A stretch of DNA of 31,552 bases from a virus (lineage: Duplodnaviria; Heunggongvirae; Uroviricota; Caudoviricetes): the IMG/VR virus record IMGVR_UViG_3300035522_000061, positions 64,001 through 95,552 of that record, one strand, 5' to 3'. Under the pieces are notes generated by a model. The model saw nothing but the letters and a program-made list of their open reading frames with translations, ran no database searches and was not told where the DNA came from. This document shows positions 25,301 to 31,552 of the stretch, piece by piece (positions within the stretch are counted from its first letter, which is position 1; every line of letters starts with the position of its first letter). Made by a program: the position numbers and the translations under genes.

Positions 25301-28300
25301 TTCCTTCCTTATTTAAAATTTCTTGTATTTTAGGATCCTTATTTTTAACTCTCTATACTAACTCTTTTGCAAAATTATATACATCGGTAAGGTTAGTAAG
25401 GGGATGGTCATATCCAAAATCAGAAAACATCTCTTCTAATCCTTCTCTAATAGGTTCTATTGGAGCTACTAAATACATATTATTAAGATAATCTTCCAAA
25501 TTTTGTTTAACTTCTTCTGCATTACTAAAATCACTTTTTAATTTAGCAAATATCTATTTAATATTAGAATCAGAAATATTCTAATCTATATAATTAGATA
25601 TTAACCAATTAGCAATATCAGAACGTCTAGTGACAAGAAGTCTGTGAATATAACGTTGAGTTGTTGGATCTATATATTCACCAGCATCGTCAATCATTTT
25701 AGAAATTGTTTTAGCAAATTCTTCTGATTTTTCGTCTTGTAATTTTTGAATCTTTTCAATTCTATCATCATGACGCTTTATAAATTGTTCATCAGTTTCA
25801 TCTTCTTTTTTAACATTTCTAAATTCAAAATCCTCATCGGATTCATCCTCTAATTTAATATCGGGAGACAAAGGCTACATAACCTCTTCAATAGCATCAT
25901 CTAAATGTGAAAAAGCTTCCTAAGATTGTTTTACTTTGTCAACATTCTTTGAGAGTTCATCTAATATAGGATTAATTTTTTCTCCCATTTGCTTATAAAT
26001 ATCAAAAGCCTAATCTAAATCTAGAGACTATCCACTTCTTTTATAAGCTAAATATTCTTTTTTATAAGTTTCTTTTTCTGCTTCCGATAATTGATCAATA
26101 GTTTTATGCTTATTATTTTGTAACCAAGTATCATAAGTAGCAGACATAAAAGGAGCATTAAGATTCTTATCTATAAAGAATAACATTTTTTCAGTATAAG
26201 GCAAAGACTATTCTCCCTTTAAGAAAGAATCTCTCTATTTACGTAAATCGTCTAATTTCTTCTAAGCTTCCTCAATATTATGCAATCTATTAGGATCATT
26301 TAACACCTAAGTTCCAGGACTGTCTGGAAGTAATTCACCATTAGGAGTTCCGTCCGCTGTTCTATTAGCCTTACTTAAATCCGTTTCAGCATCAATTAAT
26401 TTTCTAGTAATTTCTCTAAATTGTTCCTAATATCTTGTAACATAAGACTAATCTTGTAGAAATTCTTTTAAATCTAAGAATCTCTTTTCAGATAAAACCA
26501 TTTGATCAAATAGTTCTGACTCACTAAGATTAGTTTTAGTTGTATTTAAGATATTATCTAATTGGAGAACACCCTCTCTTAAACGATTATAAACATATTC
26601 GTTCTAAGAATCAGCTTTGTCCTCAGTTGATAAATATACTGGATTGCCATCTTTGTCATATTCATATTTAGATGCAGACAAATTAGTACTTCCAAATTTA
26701 CCAGAATCTCTCCATTTTTCAAGTTCAGAAAGCACATCTTTGGTTTTCTTATTGGCTACTAAATAAATTAATTCATCTTTAGTAGTGTCTCTCATAAAAT
26801 GTCCATTCTTAAAAGCATCTACCCCATAGAATAAACCACCACCAAGCGCACCACCAAAGAATGACATACCATAACGTGCCCCCATATTTTCCCAAGCACC
26901 TACATCAGTAAGTCTTGAAGTATTGAATATATTTGGAGATAATTCTCCTGCCCATTCATATAATTGTTTAGAAAGATCAGTTACTAATTCTTCTGCAACC
27001 TCTTCAGTACCTTCACCTATAGCTTTACCAACAAATCCTAAAGAATGATCTTTTAAATTCTATATAAACTCAGAAGTAGAATTCTTTCCTAAATCAATAC
27101 CTTTCTATATAAGCTTTTTAACTGCATTACTAGATTTATTACTAATAGGATTACTTATAGCTCCTTCCTAGAACATACTTTTTGCAACGCTATTAGCATC
27201 CTTTTTAATAGCATTTCTTAATGCTATTCTAGTATCATTCTAAAGTTCGTCAAAAAATACTTCTCCAAGACCTAAATATTTATCAACAGAAAACATACCA
27301 AGAGTACTACCAAAAGCTACTAATGCAGCATCTCTTTTATTAGCACCGTGCTCTAGCATTGATTGATATACATCCGTATTGGATATAATAGCCATGTAAA
27401 CAAGAGAAGCATCCGCTCCTAAACGTGCTTTTTTCTATAAAGCATCCTAAACAGGCATTACAAATTTCTAAATAGCCGCCTTACCAATAGGACTTTCTGC
27501 CCATTTTTTTGTATTCCCAATATAAGACATTGCATTAGGAACACCTGACTGTAACATTGCCTAACTTTGATTGGCATAACTTGCAGTAGCTTTTTGATAA
27601 GCTAATTCCAATTCAGAAGTTCCTCCTCTTAATTTACTTATAGAATTAGCAATTAATTTTTGTTGTCCCCATTGATTAGCAACATCTGCTACAAGAGAAC
27701 CTATATTTTCAAGTGTAAAAACGTGTTCTTTAGAATACTATGATGTTCCAGTTGTAAGTTTATCCCCAAAGGCAGCTATAGCATTTAATGTTTGAGAGTC
27801 TTTTTCATTTCCCCAAATTGAAGAAACCATACCATATAACATAGGTAATGATTTGCCCATTTCTCTGGCTATTAAAGCTCCACTATAAATAGCTGCAGAA
27901 GGCCCCCAGAACATAGGAAGTACAGCTAAGGCAGTCTAAGCTATAACACCTGCTGGAGATTTATCTAAACCATCTGCATCAAAACAATCATATTTGTTAA
28001 GACCTTCTCCATCTACTGTTAAAGTGTCAAAAGAAGATAATACTTCTTTACCAACTAAAGATCGATCACCTAATGTTTCATAATAATAATCCCCAAATTC
28101 ATTTATCTTAGCCTATCCCTTCTAATGCTCTTCTCCAGTTTTTGGATCAATTCCATCTGAATCCCAAGTAGCAAGCACTAATGGTTCATCAAATAAATTT
28201 TTAATCCAACCTATCGGACTATTAACTAAGGCTCTATCATTAGGAGAATAATCTAGCCATTTTTGATTTTTAGAATCCCATACTTTAGATTGCTAAGCTA

Positions 28301-28715
28301 ATTCACTCTAAGATAAAGTGTTTCTTTCAACCTAGTTTATACCTGCTATACCAATAGTATTTCTATCGGGATTAGCTACAGTAGTAAATTTAAAATTTGG
28401 GTCTTTTACTCTAGAATTTTTTCTTCTGGAAGTATCAAATAAACTATATTCAAAATTATCTGTTGCTGGATTACTTTCACTAAAAGACTAAAATTTAGTA
28501 AGATTATCTTTATAGAAATCTTTAAATTTAGCTTCGCTAAAGTTTCCATTATTATCTTTAAATAAATCATTCTATGTTACAAAAGTACTGTTAACATACT
28601 ATGAGTATGGAAGAATTTGGGTATTCTCCACACTCATATCAAATACATCTTTAAAGTCCTAATTATTAAATGTAGGATTATTTATGTTCGCTACTATCCA
28701 ATCATTTTCTTTCAT
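19368..28715 (-). CDS. Gene C: giant virion cargo/ejection protein (~3115 aa) with hydrophobic Gly-rich segments and a superfamily 1 helicase domain
   Basis: ATG at 28715 overlaps the TGA of gene B (ATGA; MKENDWIVAN). TAA at 19368-19370 (...TSKTNC*). Fragments 26604, 25581, 25071, 24297, 23820, 23550, 23139, 22767, 22263, 21792, 20667 and 19587 share this frame. Confidence 0.85.
22500..22770 (-). repeat. Low-complexity Glu/Thr/Pro/Ser linker in gene C
   Basis: ...TTEEKSEEEK...EEKTPKEETPTTETPSQEPSEGQSESTEEQPETP...SPTSAPASPTSTSETS, directly C-terminal of the helicase domain. Confidence 0.7.
22950..23950 (-). other. Superfamily 1 helicase/NTPase domain within gene C; boundaries approximate
   Basis: Walker A FIDGSAGVGKT (23901-23924), Walker B VIIDE (23580-23594), motif III ALGDTNQ, motif V IQGQEFD (~23067-23090) and motif VI YTLMSRG (~22968-22990), in canonical order. 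Confidence 0.85.
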
Positions 28716-30661
28716 AATACAACGTCAGATTTTACAGATTTAGCATTAAATTGTTTATTCCACATCTGGAATTCAAGTTCTTTTTGCTGCATTGCAGGTT
28801 CTTTATAATGTTGTCCTTCAGCAGTAATAGCCTAAACCTAATTATTTGTTATAGGAATGTAAATACATCCTTTATATACATCATCATGTCCATTAAAATC
28901 ATACAGTTCATTTCTATCTATTTTATAGTTATCTTTCTTATCATTGGTAGAAAGAGTAGTTTCAATTCTATCCATAGCATCATCATCTGAAACTCTAACT
29001 ACAAACTTACTGTCTCCAAATTTAGTATCTCTTTGAGTTTTATCTACACTATATCCTTCTACAACTAAGAATTGACCTAAGCAAGACCAATCTACACCAC
29101 CACTTTGACGATTTATAATACGATCAAGATTATTCTTATGTAGTAACTATGCTATTTCTTGAGCTTTATTGGGATCTCCCATAGTGATATTTTTAGCTCG
29201 TAAGTCTTTCTAGAAATTCTCCCATCTATTAATAGCATCTAAATCTACTATTTTAGTACCATTTGAAGATGTAGTAGTTGGTAAGTAAGTCATTACACCT
29301 CCCATACCATTATACATTGTATTGTTAAAGTCTTCTTCACTAAGAACTCTATCTCCAAATGTAACAGCATGTTGATTAACTGTAATTCCTGCTAATCCAG
29401 AATCCATTAAAGTTCTTAAGCTAGTAGCACCAACTGGAGCTCCATTCTTATCAGGAATTGAAGAATACGAAACACCATCTACTTGCATTTGTCCTTTAGA
29501 CCCTCTATTTATAGTTACAGTAGTAGGAGTACCTCCTATCTATCTTGACATATTATAATATGGGCCAGTTTTAATATCATCATCAAATGAAGCATCGCCA
29601 CTGCTAATATTAGAAGAACTTGAAGAACTAGAAGAAGATTTAGTACCACTTTTAAGTACTTTTTCTAAGGTTCCTTCATAATCTACCGTGAAGTCGTTAA
29701 TACTAGTAAGTTTAGAAGAAATTAAGTATGTTAACATACTTTGAATTCCTTTTTCTCTATTCGGATTTCCAGATTTAACCGCTAATAGAGTTTTTGCCTC
29801 TTCTGGCAGAGTCGTATATATGTAGGCTAAAGCTGCCTGTGCTTGATTTTTCTAGTCTTTAGTAATAACCTTGGTGCTATATAAGCCATCTAAAGACATT
29901 CCTTTTTCTTGAATCAAACGAGCTGCATCTTCCTATTGAAGAGCTTGAATTCCTTGATATAAGTCATTCTCCTTTTTAACCAAGTATCCCGATTGTGTAG
30001 ATTCCGAAGTTCCTAAAGAAGATATAATGTCTTTTATATAAGAGTTTACATCCTAAATTGAAATACCTTTAGATGCAATTCTAAGTATCTCTGTATTTCC
30101 GGCATATTTAGGATCCCAAGCTCTTAAATATAAAATATTAGAATATGTTAATGGATTATATTTGTCTCTATTTTTTAAGTATTCAGAAGCAGTTACTTGT
30201 CTAATATTATTGTGTTTATCTTGTACAATTACATTGCCACCATCAACTACAATCTCAGTTAGAGCATTATTTTTATCTAATTTAGAATAAATTTTATCAT
30301 ACTGATCTTTTATAAAAGCACTCTATTGAATATCATAAGCACACTGCCTATAAATATGTCCCATTTCAGCGGGGTCTCCATCTGCCATAGTAAGAAGTTG
30401 CTCAGTTTTAGCTTGAATTCTATTTCTATCTCCAGGAAGAGCATCTATTTTAGCAACTAATTCACTTATTTTTTCTTCTGAAATTCCAGATTTACTAGTT
30501 GATTCTTTATCAGAAGATTTACTAGTTGATTCATTGGTGCTTTCTCTTCTTCTACTATTTCCTGCAACAGCCTACTATGCTTGGTAGGCCATTACAGGAT
30601 TAGTAAAAGTAGTAAAAAGAGAAGCTAATCCACCATCTTGAAATTTAGGAATTATTTTCAT
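28712..30661 (-). CDS. Gene B: putative virion cargo/structural protein (649 aa), function unknown
   Basis: ATG at 30661 (MKIIPKFQDGGLASLF), TGA at 28712-28714. Translated manually from 29210 to the stop with no TAA/TGA. Fragments 29540 and 29210 are in frame. Contains a 9-Ser run at 29612-29638. Confidence 0.82.
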
Positions 30662-31550
30662 TGTCTCTTATTACTTTAGTAATTAACTTATTTAATTTAC
30701 CTCCATTCTTTTCTCTAAGTATATACTACCAAGACTGCGGAAGATAAGTACTAGATCCATATAAATCTAAATATGGATAACCTTTAATTTTACCATAGAA
30801 CATATTATTATCGTTAGCCATTCTACTAGATATTTCTTTAGCTCTAGCAAGCATTTGTGGATACCAAGTTGTAGTATAAATACTTTCATTAGGATGAGCT
30901 AATTGCCAAGATTTTTTCATCTAAGTCATTTCATCTAATTCATTCTAGTACTTACGCTATGTAAATGCTTGTGCTTGTTGTAATTTATATGCTTCCTCTT
31001 CTGCTTTCTTAGTTGCCCAATCTTGAGATTTACTAGTTGCCCAAGTACCAACTCCCTTCATTAAAGCATCAAATGATTTATAATCCGAATTTCTTTTAGC
31101 AGCTTTTAACTATGCTAAAGCCTAATTATTAGAAATAATAGCATCCGTATTATAATTAGCAATATCAGAACGTCTTTGAGCCCATTCCCTAGATAATTGT
31201 TGTGCAACCTAAGCAGTTCTTTTAATTTCGGCATCATCTATTTGATTGCCTTGTTGCTACGCTTGATTATTAGCAAGTTGTCCCTAGAGCATTCTATTAG
31301 CAGCTAAATAAGCATCTGAAGTAAATGGTTGATAACTTGCGCGCATTACATCTGCACCCTAACTATTATACAGCTATTTAGTAGAAAAGGCTCCGGTTAC
31401 AGGAGCATATGCTCCCCATGTGTTATGTAATTTAGGAACTTGCGCAGCTGCAAGATCTTTATAGTTAGCTTTATTAGTCGCTAAGGATTTTGTGTAACTA
31501 GCTAAATCAGTAGCTAATGGAATATATTCATAAGGATTGAAATGCTTTGA
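30645..31550 (-). CDS. Gene A: 5'-truncated Ala/Gln-rich helical protein, putative cargo/ejection protein
   Basis: Open frame from the right edge (SKHFNPYEYIPLATDLA...) through fragment 30726..30920 to TAA at 30645-30647 (...EKNGGKLNKLITKVIRDNENNS*). Overlaps the start of gene B by 17 nt. Confidence 0.8.
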
Positions 31551-31552
31551 TT

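Larger units (their letters stand above)
1..31552 (-). other. CrAss-like phage late/virion-cargo operon using TAG=Gln (translation table 15)
   Basis: The minus-strand ORF fragments I checked (ending at 521, 7189, 9712, 11284, 14026, 19587, 29210, 30726) all stop at TAG, and successive fragments stay in one frame for kilobases. Conserved Gln positions are TAG-encoded: helicase motif III LGDTN(TAG) at 23487-23489, RNAP RIPA(TAG) at 11284-11286 and WL(TAG)GSDY at 11191-11193. True gene ends use TAA/TGA with a new ATG adjacent. Confidence 0.95.

Noticed and set aside
632-28990. All plus-strand ORFs in the track (e.g. 632..844, 10144..10431, 11046..11246, 12829..13086, 28751..28990)
   Set aside because: They are short antisense shadows of continuous minus-strand genes. 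They are Ile/Phe/Ser-rich as expected from the reverse complement of Lys/Glu/Asn codons, and have no recognisable motifs.
29612-29638. Run of nine serines in gene B
   Set aside because: It uses mixed codons (TCT/AGT/TCA), so it is not a slippage-type repeat. It is most simply a short flexible linker.
521-30920. Reading the many short minus-strand ORFs as separate small genes or pseudogene debris
   Set aside because: They end at TAG, stay in frame, and conserved motifs run across the TAGs. This is recoding, not decay.
1-31552. Inteins, tRNAs, CRISPR arrays, terminators
   Set aside because: I recognised no intein splice motifs or unexplained Hint-like inserts, no cloverleaf, and no spaced repeats. 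The longest intergenic gap is 17 nt, leaving no room for terminators. Subtle cases could be missed without computation.

Overview
AT-rich window from the late/virion-cargo region of a crAss-like phage (Crassvirales, probably Bacteroidota-infecting) that reads TAG as Gln (translation table 15). The ORF track is fragmented because it treats TAG as stop. Re-read with TAG=Q, the minus strand is a near gap-free operon of six genes. In transcription order: A (>31552-30645, partial, Ala/Gln-rich), B (30661-28712, 649 aa), C (28715-19368, ~3115 aa, hydrophobic Gly-rich segments plus a superfamily 1 helicase domain), D (19350-6868, ~3800 aa spliced virion RNA polymerase), E (6866-4500, 788 aa HExxH zincin) and F (4498-<1, >1499 aa, degenerate PD-(D/E)xK domain). 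D is split inside its catalytic GSDY|DID motif by a 1080-nt group I intron (11178-10099) carrying a TAG-free LAGLIDADG homing endonuclease. The most unusual observations are (i) genes C, D and E all end in Cys-stop while D, E and F all begin MG(Y)C, and (ii) an in-frame, apparently circularly permuted ADP-ribosyltransferase-like module inside the RNAP. Gene ends were located by manual translation. Long gene interiors were spot-checked and supported by frame consistency of the ORF track, not read codon by codon. No tRNA, rRNA, CRISPR array or terminator was supported.
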